A stretch of 64,000 nucleotides of DNA from Catajapyx aquilonaris (Eukaryota): NCBI GenBank assembly GCA_000934665.2, contig KZ538345.1:1-64000 (forward strand), read 5' to 3'. The translations under genes and the position numbers were made by a program. Shown piece by piece: positions 11,202 to 23,200 of the stretch (position 1 is its first letter; every line of letters begins with the position of its first letter). Below the pieces are notes generated by a model. The model was not told where the DNA came from. It saw only the letters and a program-made list of their open reading frames with translations, and did no database searches.

Positions 11202-11442
11202 AAGAGAGGGTGTGTGTGTGTGTGTGTATAAGAGGCGAAGGAATCAACAAGGACCTTCCTTACAACCAGGACTGTAAAATATTTTTGCAATAGAAAGTTT
11301 TCAAAGCATCCTGAGTTTGCAGTAAGCAGATTTACCTTCTCAAGGTGGCCATTCCACTTGTAGCAATAACTGCTGAGACCTTGAACTAAGATATTCAGTC
11401 TGTTCCATTATTGCAAGTGTCTTAAATGAGCATGTGTTGCAG

Positions 11443-11526
11443 GTTGAGGAGGCCGTGGCTGTGCTGCAGGCCCACCGAGCGAAAGAAACAGATGCCGCTG
11501 CAGCGCTCAGCATCAACAATGGCTGA
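11443..11526 (+). CDS. pAbp: Poly(A)-binding protein, terminal coding exon
   Basis: Acceptor gtgttgcag|, phase 0. Reads VEEAVAVLQAHRAKETDAAAALSINNG*, which continues the MLLE domain (KVEEAVAVLQAH). An A-rich 3' UTR-like tract follows. Confidence 0.88.
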   Translation, partial: VEEAVAVLQAHRAKETDAAAALSINNG

Positions 11527-12248
11527 TTTTAAATACCTGTAGCACAGCTCTCCCATACACAAGATTCATGTGCTCAGAAAGAAAGTGACATAAAAGCACA
11601 TGTAATGTTGGGGCAACAACCATCGAAAAGGGTTAGGGCAAAGAGGGACAAAATATATGAAAAACAATGACCAAGATATAACAAAGAAAAGTTCACAACA
11701 AAAAAATCGCAAAATGTCAAAGCGATAAAACACAAAAATTTAAAACAAATTAACAGTAATTACAGCTCTTCTTTTGTTTTTGTTCTCTACCTTATTTTTT
11801 TTGTCTTTGACAGAGTTAAGAATTCCCCCTCCCCCCTTCCTAGGAAAAAAAATTGCAAACAAGAAAAATATAACATACCCAGAAAAACACGAAAAAAATT
11901 AAAATAAGTATCTTTGGTGAGTAATTTAATTTTTTATTTTCAGTGGATGTTGGGGGAGATAAAATTGTTTTAATCCCACTTCCATTTATCATTTTTTTTT
12001 GTGATTTGGGTTCTCAGGGTTCTCTTGCATTGCCCCTTTGTATGAGTTTGGCCAAGGTTTGGCATACTGGTATGGAAAAGAAAAAATAATGATGTTTATG
12101 GTTGCAGTACCGAATCTGAGCCATGGGAAAATTGCCATTTCAAGCAGATCAGATACTTTATGAATCACTTATTTGCCCGTCATGGAAAATTTCCAATTTC
12201 GGATTTATCTGGATTTGCATGCAAGCTCCGCAGTTGTAATTGGATATA

Positions 12249-12340
12249 CAGGGTGGTCACGGTAACTCTGGCAAAAATCACAGGGTGGGTAGAGGCCCCA
12301 TAGGCAAGTATGTTGAGCTTAGGTACCCATGTCCGGAAAT
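12249..12340 (+). mobile_element. Tc1/mariner-like MITE terminus (single end)
   Basis: TA|CAGGGTGGTC terminus like the other CAGGGT-type MITEs in the window. It abuts the truncated 3' end of the LINE ORF1; no partner TIR was found. Confidence 0.45.
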
Positions 12341-12344
12341 GCCC

Positions 12345-13325
12345 CCGTACTGGCCAGTTCCACCTTTGATCTGTTGCGCCTGGTGGGTATAGGCAACCCA
12401 TCGTACTCGAAGGTTGCGTTCATCTGGTGTGCCGCGTGTGGAGGAGACAAAGGTGAAAACAATTGTAAGGGTCCAGCCGGTGATTCTGAATGCAAGCGCT
12501 TGTTGGATGCCTGTGCCGATGACCCTCCGGTGATTCCAGTGTTCAACGTTGAATGGTTCAGTGGCCAGCATCGTGTTAACTCACCATTGAATATGCGGTA
12601 TGAAACTCCCTCAATCATCAGGGTGTCCACTCGCAAAAAAGCTTTTTGGTTTTTCGTCTTCGCCTGCTTCAAGTACGGCAGCAGGTTTCTTCTGGCGTCC
12701 CGGGTTTCCAGCGCAAAATCCTCGCCGAGGTGAATGTCCGACCCGCAGAGTAAGCGTGCATTCGACAGGACAGTGCTCCTATCTTGGTATCGGAGAAACA
12801 TCAGGATAATCGGTCTGCTCCCGAATCTTCTCCCGAGGCGATGTACCCGCTGGAACTCGACTCGTCCAGGTTCAGGATGAAGCTTGAACCTATCCAACAC
12901 CTTTCGAGCTTGGCCCTCCGGGTCTTCCCATGTCTCGTCCTTAACGTCCGGAACACCATACAGCACCAGATTTGACCGCCTTGATTGATTTTCTAACCCT
13001 ATCAATCAGGCTTTGAGGGTCTCCACTTCCCCCCACAGTGCACGATTTTCATCCTCAAGGGCTCGAACAATTTGACGATCCTCAGTCAACTCGGCTCGCA
13101 ACTCGGTAGAGCTATGGTTCCATGATTTAGTCAGCTCGTTAACACACTGAGTTAACTCACGCTGAAGGTCCACCTTTAAGTCCTGCTGCAAGCTACTCAA
13201 GGCAGAGCGTAATTCAGCACCAGTTACAGAAGCCATGGTCCAGTCAGAAACGCTCCAATCGTACTGTCAAATCACACGCACCCTTCTTGCAAGCGAAAGA
13301 GAGCTCAACACACGTCCACCTCCCT
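12345..13325 (-). mobile_element. LINE 5' end and ORF1 (coiled coil plus RRM-like, L2/CR1-type ORF1), one in-frame stop, no ORF2
   Basis: ATG at 13236, then a coiled-coil region, then LKA*LIGLENQSRRSNLVLYGVPD..ETWE..FQRVHRLG..RPIILMFLRYQDR..IHLGEDF..ETRDARRNLLPYLKQAK..KAFLRVDTLMIEG, the typical LINE ORF1 motif series. TGA at 13006-13008. Confidence 0.88.
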
Positions 13326-13959
13326 CAGCTATCTGACGGCGTGTGGTTATTTATTTATTTTAAAACTATTGAATCATCTTTTGCACTAATTTTAGGGTGG
13401 AATCTCTTGAGGAGGTTTGGGGGCAATATGTATGCCAATAATTTGCCGATCAAGGTCGGATATATTTTTTGGTTTTTTTTCCGCAGCTGCAAAAAGATTT
13501 CATTCAAGTTAATCTGGTTAATCCGGTTTATTTATGCACGATTTTGTAGTCCAAAACTCGCGATTTTTACTCGAGAGAAAATTTAAATAGCCACACAGAA
13601 ACCATGTTACATAGTGGGAAAACGCTATAGTTTCGCCACCATAATTTTTTAAAGTCAGCGTCACAGCATATGATTGTGACGCCCGTCTTATTAGGGTTTT
13701 AGCAGGAGTTCAATTGTGTACAAATTCTGAACTGTATTGAAACTCTTACTTGCAAAACTTCACAAGAAGTATTCACACTCTAACTTTAAAATAATTCTGA
13801 ATCATAGTTAGGATCAATGCAGTCTTCGAGCTTTGACACTTGCAAACACATCAAGCCTTTTTTGCGCCTATTTCAAATATGTTATCCCATATTTTCAGGA
13901 ACCCACAGTTTTTAAGAAATAGGCATATTTTAAAGTGGCAAATATCTTCCCATGATACA

Positions 13960-15478
13960 CCGTCAAACGGGGTGAACTTGGTCCAATTCTCCGTTGTACG
14001 AAGATATAAGTGTGACAATATTAATTCACAACTGTGAATTTTTTTAACCTTTAAAATTGGTTCAGGGGGCATGCAGGCAAACTCGAGCGTGATGAAAAAG
14101 CGTTACAGGCAGGGCCCTGGGGGGGGGGGGNGGGCAGCTGGGTGCACTTCCCCGGGCCACCTTCATTCACTCCATTTGGCTTAAACTACAACGTTATTGC
14201 CACTTTTTAAAGACGTATTCACGTCAAAAGCTGCGGCTGGTGTCCCCGACACAACCTAATGTAAATTTTTTTATTTGGTGTTAGACCACACTGGCCAAAA
14301 GGGCGAGTAGGCCTACAAATAATTTTTTTCTGTGCACAATGCTGCATAGGAAGATTTATGACGTCATGGCCAAGTCCACCCCACCGTGGTTAACCCATGT
14401 CCTTTCTGAAACGGGACTACTTTTTGGTTTATAAATCGGTAACAAGTCACTCTTTAATCAGAGAAATTTAGTTTTTCTTTTGGGCAGCAAAAAAATGCCG
14501 TCAATAGTAAGAGTGGCATGCCAAAGCATCAAGTTCTAATTTTTTTAATGCACTCAAGGGCATCCCGATGAGAAGGTGGTTTAACGTCCTAACCAGGTTT
14601 TATAGTAGGCCCTACATTCATCTTCTGAAGATTTACTTTGTGTATTCTGCAACACCTGCTTCAGCATCTCATCTGCATTGCCACCGTATTCATCCTCCGT
14701 TGTCAGGATATTGTTGTCATACAGTTGACAATGTCACTTGAAGACATGAAGGCATGCTTCACAAATTATGTATGCAGAGCTCAGCATGGCTTAGGGTTTT
14801 TTTGAGGGGGGTGGTAATACATGACTGTAGAGTAAATGTGATAATAATTATTGTACTGCTGTCCAACTTAAGAGGGGTAAAAGTGTATAACTTCCAAGAT
14901 AGACAGGTGTCCAACTTAGCAACATTGCAAGGGATAGGCTTTTCCAACCGTTCCAAAGTAATGTCCAACATAGGAAGGTGGCCAACTTATTAAGGTGTCC
15001 AACTTGACAGGTTTTACTGTACCACTGCGATAGGATCAGCGTGAGTGGGTACATACGTGCGGTCAAATTCACCCCGTCTGACATGCAGGAAGCTAGTTCT
15101 GCTATGGTTTTTTAAATGTGTTTTTAAGGAACGGCATACATAAGATGTAATAAATATTAACACCACTGGAAAGGTTCACCTTCATCTCCTAAAAACGGAC
15201 AAGACACTTGCTTCTCAATTTCTTGATTTGCAAAATAAAGTTTGCACACATTGAAAATTGGATGGTTTCATGGGGCGGCCTTTAACATTTATTTCCTTGC
15301 TCACCTATGTCGGCACAGGTGAATTTTTTGGTCTACAGCATGCTACGAGCTGCAGTAATGGCATGACGTCATTGAAAGCCCCATTTTTATTGCACATGTT
15401 ACCTTAAATATTCATTAATGACATTTTTGGAATTGTGGCCAAGTTCACCCGGCCGGCCCAGGTCACCCCATTTGACAG
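13960..15478. mobile_element. pogo/Tc1-like non-autonomous element with a nested second TIR fragment
   Basis: ccgtcaaacggggtgaacttggtcc at 13960 pairs with ggcccaggtcaccccatttgacag|ta ending at 15478. Internal ggccaagttcaccc-like repeats are present. A different end (gtccaactt repeats ..gacaggttttactg|ta) lies at ~14860-15020. Confidence 0.6.
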
Positions 15479-17723
15479 TACTATAGGCCTGAACAAGCGG
15501 GTATAGTCACTCCTCAAAAAAGTGTACACCGGCTCTCCGAAGTGACCACCCCCTTGGGCCTGAATACATGCAATATATTGCCGTATCGCGTATCCTGACC
15601 TAAAATTTACATGCTAATTTTCTGCTGTACCTGGGAGGAACATCCCTCTTGATATAGAGGGATTAAGGGAATAATAGTTGACACATGTGCTGTATGTGGA
15701 TACATTATCAAATCTGAGTAAAATATTCACTTAGCTTGGTTATGAGTCGTACACTGGAATTCCTCATAATTTGACACTAATTTTTGAGTAGCAATGGATA
15801 ATAAGACTTACTGAATTAATGGATGAATTACGTTGCCCCTGTAGTGACAGCGATAAATGAACTAAAAGCATACTAGGAATATTACAAGTATATTGCAGTA
15901 TTTTAAAATATGCATAGGGTCATATTGAGCCATATTATATACATGTTAATTTCTAGAAGAGAGAGGGTAGGTTTGTTTCAAGAAGATAATTGCCGATAGA
16001 AAACTTCTGACTTTATAATTATGCAATATCAGCGCCTCTGAATGCGCAGGTAAGAAATACCGTATATCTAATATTGTTCACTTGAAAAAAAATATCATCG
16101 TTGACCAGCGTAAATGTCACTATAATTACAGACCGTGCTCTGCTGTTCAGTAGCGTGCCTGCACAAGAAGACAATGTGTTATGTGCACTCTGCACTGTAC
16201 AATACGGGGTTCTTCAGGCTTGGTACCGGATGGTGAGCCCTCCAGGTGTACACAATGTGCCATACAGCACCACCTCGAAAAATGCATTGAAATTTCCATC
16301 CAGCAGTTGGCCTCCAAAGAGCCTTGTCCCCAGTGACTCCTGTAATCCTGTGGGTTGTTTTGGACAAAATGAAATTCATTATTTCAAACCTCTCAAATAA
16401 AATTATAGGTATAGGCAGAAATATGAATTACCAGAGCACTCAAGGTTCAAATCTGAATTGCAGTAGCATTGTTTGTAACTGCTCTGACGATCCAGCTAGT
16501 TAGGTCTCACCATAATTATGAGCTCAGAAGTTGTGTTGAAATTTGGTTGGGGTCAGTTTAATCAAAGTCACATTCTATTATTTACATGCTGACTGTATTG
16601 TCCACTGCAATGAGACAACTTGGGTATCTTGTAATGAACAATAGGATTAATGATTACTTTGCTGATGGGTTCAACAACACCTGCTGTACATTAAACAAGG
16701 GATGCCAGATTGCAGTCATTGGTTGGAACTGGCCTGACCAGTCATAATAAAGAACTTGGAAGCGGAAAGTAACAAATAATTTGTCAGCTAACAACAGTAC
16801 TGTCCAAAGGCTGTATAGTCTATGGCTCTATGCCTTTCTTGAGTATGACACATGCAACTATTGAATGGAGGGACATTCTTTGTACCGGTACTGCACATTG
16901 TCATAAACGGATATTGAGCCTCTTACTCCGCTCGAATTCTTTTAGCATTACAAGAACCAATGACTGGCAGCCGGAAGTGACTTGCATACACCTAATGCAG
17001 GGTACAGGGTCAGTGTAATGTCAGACTTGAAGTGTTTGAATTATCGATTTTTTGATCGGCAGAATGTAAGTAAAAACTGAATGTCACTGGATTGCAACGG
17101 AGAGTGACAGTTTTATTGGCTGTTTTAAATAGAGAAATAATTCAGGTATACACAGACCTACAGATATGCATATTATCTATTGTTGCTTTAGTGATTATTA
17201 TCATTTATTGCCATGATTGTTACAGGTCTGTCTAGATTTCATAAGGAGGTTATGTACAGAGGACCAGAGCCATGTTTCCTTTTGCAATATTTATTCTGCT
17301 GTCTTCCTAGCCACTTGAATTATTTCACAAGTGCTCGTTCCAGCGGAAAATGAATGTAACCGAAGTATTCGATAATGGCCATTGCTGCCAATATTGGATT
17401 TGCACACTTACTGCTTACAAAGCAAGTGACTTGAAGGTTAGCCTTACGAGAAGGAAAATCGAAGGCTAGTAGCCATTAGTAAGAAATTCGTCTTTATTAT
17501 GTCAAGAGTATAATTCGTCCAGACATGTCCATTATACTAGTGCAGTGACCACAGGTGACACTTTTCTCGCCCCACCTATCATTTTACCATGTTCTTTGCG
17601 CAGTTCCTGGTGAAATTCTCTGATGATATGCTAGACCCAATGGAATATCTGCAAAGGAAATTGACTTCATTCGGAAAGTTTCGCGTCGAAAAGGTGCTGG
17701 ACAATTTAGTCATCTTGTGAATA

Positions 17724-20240
17724 ATGTGGGGTAAGCCCGATAGCACATGTACTTTAGGGGTCGTGTTACGGACTTCTCACCTAGCCATTTGGATTGCTGC
17801 TGCAGCTGTGGCGGTGGCCGGCTTAAGGAACAGATCGCTTCCTCCAGAATATCCTCAAGAAGCTGTTCTCACTTCCCTTCTGCAAACCTCCAAGAGCTTT
17901 CATTTGTCTGGCTGCTCCCTAGAACTTCTCCATGACTACAAGCAACTCCCTCCTCCCATGCAACAGTTTCTGCAGCAACAGCATGTGATCTTTAAGCAAA
18001 TCAGGTTGCAGACTCTGGAAGATAGCACCAGGTCAAATTCCTGGCCGAAACCTGTGGTGCACAACTCCTCTAAAGGTCTTCCCATGTGGGACTGTTCAAC
18101 TAATGGTTCCAGAGATGACCTGTTCGTGCCGATGGTGGCTCCATGTCTTCTCCATGTTGTGGCAGTGCACAGATCTGGAGCCTCCAGAGCTGTGCAATTG
18201 TTGATGAAGAGGTCTGAAGCGATGGACGTGAGACGATTTCTGTTTTGGTCCCGAGAAGGGACTTCAGCTACCTTCCTCTGGATACCTGGAGTCCCATGGA
18301 TGCGTTTTAAAACGGAGGTACTTATTGCCAGCAAGAAAGCCCAGCTCTTCACCAGGGTTGGTTGGTGGCCCAATCATATGAAGTCCTTGCAGTATCTAGG
18401 AACGTACGATATAGATTCGGAGGTAAGTTTCTTTTGGTTTCATCATGTTTCCGTGTGTGTACTACGACAACAAGTCACTCTACTTTCGAACCATTAGGAT
18501 ACATTGTCACCTGAAATTTTCACTGACCATGCTGGTGACTTCCAAGGAAAAACGGTTCAGTTTTACAACCTGTACGGATGGAGGCGAGTGTCTGGGGCTC
18601 TTAGAAGAATTGAAGAGACTAGTTACTGGCCCAACTTCCACTACCGCTACCTGGAGGCGCTCAGCAAGTATTTTAACATAAACAGCGAGACCTATATCGG
18701 ACCCATGGAGTTCTTCAACAAGGTGAGCAGGTAAAATGCGTTTTTTCCCACATTCTAAACACCAACTTTGGCTTCCAGCAATATCCCAACGGAACATGTG
18801 AGGGATACGTGGGCGAATTTCTGAAGTCTGATGCCGTGCAGTTGATCTTCTACGTACCGATCTCCGATTTCCTTCAGGTTATCACTCTGGAATCGATTGT
18901 CATGAGCACTGCTGTATTTTGAACTGACAATTTTTTGCAGGCCAGCAACCTAGCCGATCCCTTAAACCCCTTCTATTCCGACTCCTTCACTTTTTATACA
19001 CGTCTTCCCGGAACCGATTCATCATGGGCAGTACTAATCCACCCATTTGGAGCAAGCGTTTGGATCATGAGCCTTGTCACTATATTGGTCACATCCCTCT
19101 TTTTGGCTATCATCCTCACACGTCACACATCTGTCCAATCAGAAACTGCACTCATCGCTGTAAGTTCTGCTCATAGTAATATAAACTTGGGTTGATTCTA
19201 CCTTCTTTTCAGGGCTTGGAAGCTGGGTTGAGAATGTGTTTGGAAGTTGGCCTTCCACCCTTGTGCACCAAGACACCATCGAGTGCTTTGCGTCTGACCA
19301 TGGCACCAGGATTGCTTGCTTTGCTGGTTCTGACCACTTTTTACAAGAGCGAGTTATCGTCTTATTTGACCGTACCCGAGATGGAACATCTGCCTCGCAC
19401 ATTTCAGGTGGGATTGTTTTATCCTGACTCTTCAGGACAATTTGTGAGGCTCTCTTGTTCGGAGGAGATGCCTAGAGGGCAGGATAAACTTTCATCCGCA
19501 GGACTTGGCCAAGAGCAACTGGGACTGGGTTATGTACGATGATTTTTTTCTCAAGACTCTGGATGAGGTGCATACCGTACCCCAAGAGACTAGGGCACCG
19601 CTAATTGCACGAGCTTCTGCCTCTCCCCTGACCACCTACGGCGCTGAGACCTGCTTAAACCAGACCTTACTAAAGACATCTCCTGAACGAGCCTGTATTG
19701 GATACGACTACGAATCCACCGCATGGGCTTATATGAATTTCACTGATATCCACGGCCGTCTTCTAGTGCAAAGGTTGCCTTTCTAGAGTACATAAAAAGA
19801 CTGCAAGTCAACCTTACTTTATTTCCAGGTCAGAGCCAATTCTGGAATTCGCAGTGACCGCGGTTGTCCGTAAAAGCTCTCCTCATCGTGCCATCCTGAA
19901 CCATGCTCTACAAATGGTGCAAGAGTATGGACTCAACCTGAAATGGTGCGCCGACGAGCACCAGGAATTTCTCATCATAGGGATGAGGGCAGCCAGGGAG
20001 AAGCTGGAGCTAGGTGACCAATTTTGGCAAGGGGAATTAGTAGGGAAACACAGCACACAAGAAGCACCTCTGAACATCCGCACCTTCAGTCACACCCAGA
20101 AGATGCTGTGTTTGGGTTGGCTGATTGCTACCGTCACCTTACTCCTGGAAATGGCGGTCAAACGTGAGAGAGTCTCGATTTTGAAGGAGGCGCGATTTTC
20201 CTGGTTCTTCCTGAAGCCGGCAGGTGGCGATCATATGTAG
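17724..20240 (+). CDS. Divergent ionotropic receptor (IR, variant iGluR chemosensory family), 7 exons, 706 aa
   Basis: Exons 17724-18422, 18498-18722, 18779-18877, 18941-19159, 19213-19407, 19502-19773 and 19829-20240 are all GT-AG, phase-compatible and join without stops (2121 nt). Motifs: hydrophobic N-terminus, IFTDHAGDFQGKTV, PNGTCEGYVG (S1), LIHPFGASVW (M1), FYKSELSSYLTVP..PRTFQDL (M3), VRKSSPHRAILNHALQMVQEYGLNLKW (S2), PLNIRTF..LCLGWLIATVTLLLE (M4). Confidence 0.9.
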
Positions 20241-23200
20241 GGAGTAGTTGCGTTGCTGTGTGTTGTTCCACTAGATGGTATCACCACTTCGGAAGGGATA
20301 CTCTGTTGCATCTGGGACTCGTGTACTAATCCATTCTATGTGTGTCATATTGTATAGTAAATGCGGCACTTACTATTGTGGAAGGTCATTTTGTTACGGA
20401 AAAGGGCAATGACATGCCGTTTAATTTTTGTGACTGCTAAAAGTACCGTAAAATTTATGCATACTCAATTTTGTGTTTAGTTACATTTACGGTCGCCCAT
20501 AAATTACATATATCGTAGGCTACTGCAGATACTTTTTTCACTATCTTAACCCATACCCATACACAATTCACTGATGTACACCTACACTCATGTAGCCTAC
20601 GCCTAAAATATTGAAGGCCCTCTTCCCGTCTAGTCGGTTTACGTAATTAATATATAGATGATCCCTTTCGCAATATTATTTGTGCAAACTTTTGAGTTTG
20701 AAAGTGTATGTTCTGTGCATTAGATTACAGTTTCTTAGTTTGCTATAGGCCTGGCATAATATGGTCGTATCTACATAATTCCGAATCCCACCGTTATTAT
20801 CATTCTGAAATACTATTCAGATATTAGCAACAGTGGCCCGTTTTTGGGCAAAATTATTGCTATGAAAGGTAATTAGAATGGAATGCCATAGAGGGTGTAC
20901 GTGTGAGCCCTTCATATAGGCCTACTATAAGGTTACGACAATTGTGTGCTTAAGATATACCTAATAGTAATACACGTGCTATAAAATCAAGAGTGGTAGT
21001 AAATAACTACAGCGAAACCGAGTTTAAGAATTTAGCTCACATCCGGATCGGTAAAAATCCCACTTGCTCTCATTTCCACTTCTGTCATTTTATCTGCCAG
21101 TTACACACTTCATTGGAAAGCTCATTTAATGGGCTTTTCAATATGCACATGTAGTCTACATAACTGCACTGCAAACGAGAAGGTGAGGCGATGCTGCAAG
21201 AATCCGCGAAATTTTCGCTGATACGGATTTCGGTAGTTTACAGTACGTAGGCCCTGGATGCAAACGAACCTTCCCTATCACGGACATTTAGTTTGGTCTC
21301 GGTGCATGATAGTTAATGTATTTCTGTAGAGCATAGGCCTACAACCGGATACCCTTGCTGATACCTGTGCAGTACAAAAAATATGGCAAAGGGAGTGACC
21401 CTATACTGTGCGCTCCTACGTGTAGACTACTACAATCATGGTGTTGAGAAAGGTTCCTCCCGGACCCAGGTTCTATAATGCGAATTCACTCTACTTTATT
21501 TTGTTGATTTCGAATGCATTACTGACATGTATAGCAAGAGAGGTGGTGGGTTGGCATAACCTGCTGGATGAAGCCCATTACATAATGTGCAACCTTATTA
21601 TTCCATTATCTCCAAAATAGACTTTAAATTAACTAGAGTAATTTCGTATTAGAATATCTCATCTGAGAAGAAAAGCGCGCCTTTCCCATCACGTTGTAAA
21701 TGGATTTCACTGCATTACGGTACGTTTCCTAAAATAAATTTTATTTTGATGCAGCCAGAAAAAAGATAGGCCTACTCAAATCTAAAGTAGAAACCAGTTA
21801 GCAACTTTCTTATCCATTGTGTCCAATAAACAACATTAAATACTTATCCTACTAACAAATCCCCTTTTTTATTATTCAATTATCCAGGTTTATTTTTATG
21901 GTCTTACCTTATTTTCAGCAAACAGGCGATGCGCATTTTCTCCCATAGTTCGATCCCTTGCCCGCGATTCTAAGAATTTGATTTCTTCTTAAACGACAAA
22001 ACTCAATTTGGAAAGAGCAGGCAACCGATATTCCCCGAACCAACGCGCATTCCGAAAAATATTTCGAACCAACAGCATCTCCTTCGGTCCCTCCTTCTTT
22101 TTGAAACCATGATCCCCATGTCGCCTGGGGAGCTCTTACACATCCTCCCATCCGACCTTCCCATATTGGAACCCCCATCCTCTCTCCCTCCCAAAGAATA
22201 GGGAGTGCGGACACAGGTTTGGGAAAAGAATGTGCTTGGGAGGCGGAAGAAGTAGAAGTTGGGGAGGCCCAGCAAAGCCCAGTGGAAGACCTCATCTCCC
22301 AGCGGTCCATTAGTATGATTACCTCGGGGCGGACGGACAGGGCTGGGCTGGGTGGGGACTTCACTAAATAATCCCTACCTCCCAGCTTTGTTTAAGGCAG
22401 GCAGGCACAGGACAAGCATTTACTATTGCTAGACTCCCGCAGCGGAGTTGCCATTCTTTTCGGTGGTGTCGTGGGATGCCTGGTATTCACCTGCTACTTC
22501 TGAAGGGCTCTCTTGGAACCAATCGGGGATGACTATGAAACTATTAGGGGATCATGCCCGGTTGGGATTTGTCAGTCAGGTCTAGGGCTACAGGGATTTT
22601 GTGGCTCTTTGTTGGAATTGTAGTCACATGTCAGTGACGGTTTTACGATTTGTGGAATTTTGGTCGCCATGGGGAGCCAGTACTGTCCTCGGCCACACCT
22701 TCGGTGTCGATTTGTGGATGGGAGTAATTAGTTTGGGGGGGNGGAGCAGGGGGGGACGATCAGCTCGGTTGTAAGAGTATGCTGTGGTCAACAAATGAGC
22801 TAATTAAAGTTATCTAGTGTATAAAATGAGCGGTCAGTAACATTGATTGTTCCAGGATTTTTGTTTGTTTATACTGACAGTACCGTAGCCTATACTTGAT
22901 CCCTGTGTGTCGGCTCTATAATTTGGTAGCAATATCATAAAATATTGTTTCGATTTTAAAAATCAAACGCGACTACAATACAACACTGCTGGAAATCATC
23001 AGATAAGAATGCACATCATAGGCTGAACTGACAAGATATCCCTTTTCTCTCTTCTCTGAACTACCTAACCTAACTTAACAACACGCCATCACGTAGTCAG
23101 AGTTAGTAGATATAACGAAATAAACACACCCCGGCATAAAATGGAAATATGAATATTTTAAAATGGTATGAAATTCCCTGAGTGTCACCTTCCCGATCCC

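Noticed and set aside
13006..13008. Programmed stop-codon readthrough in LINE ORF1
   Set aside because: A CGA>TGA transition in a truncated dead copy is the simpler explanation.
17936..18797. Antisense ORFs over the ionotropic receptor
   Set aside because: Shadow frames of the + strand exons with no independent motifs.
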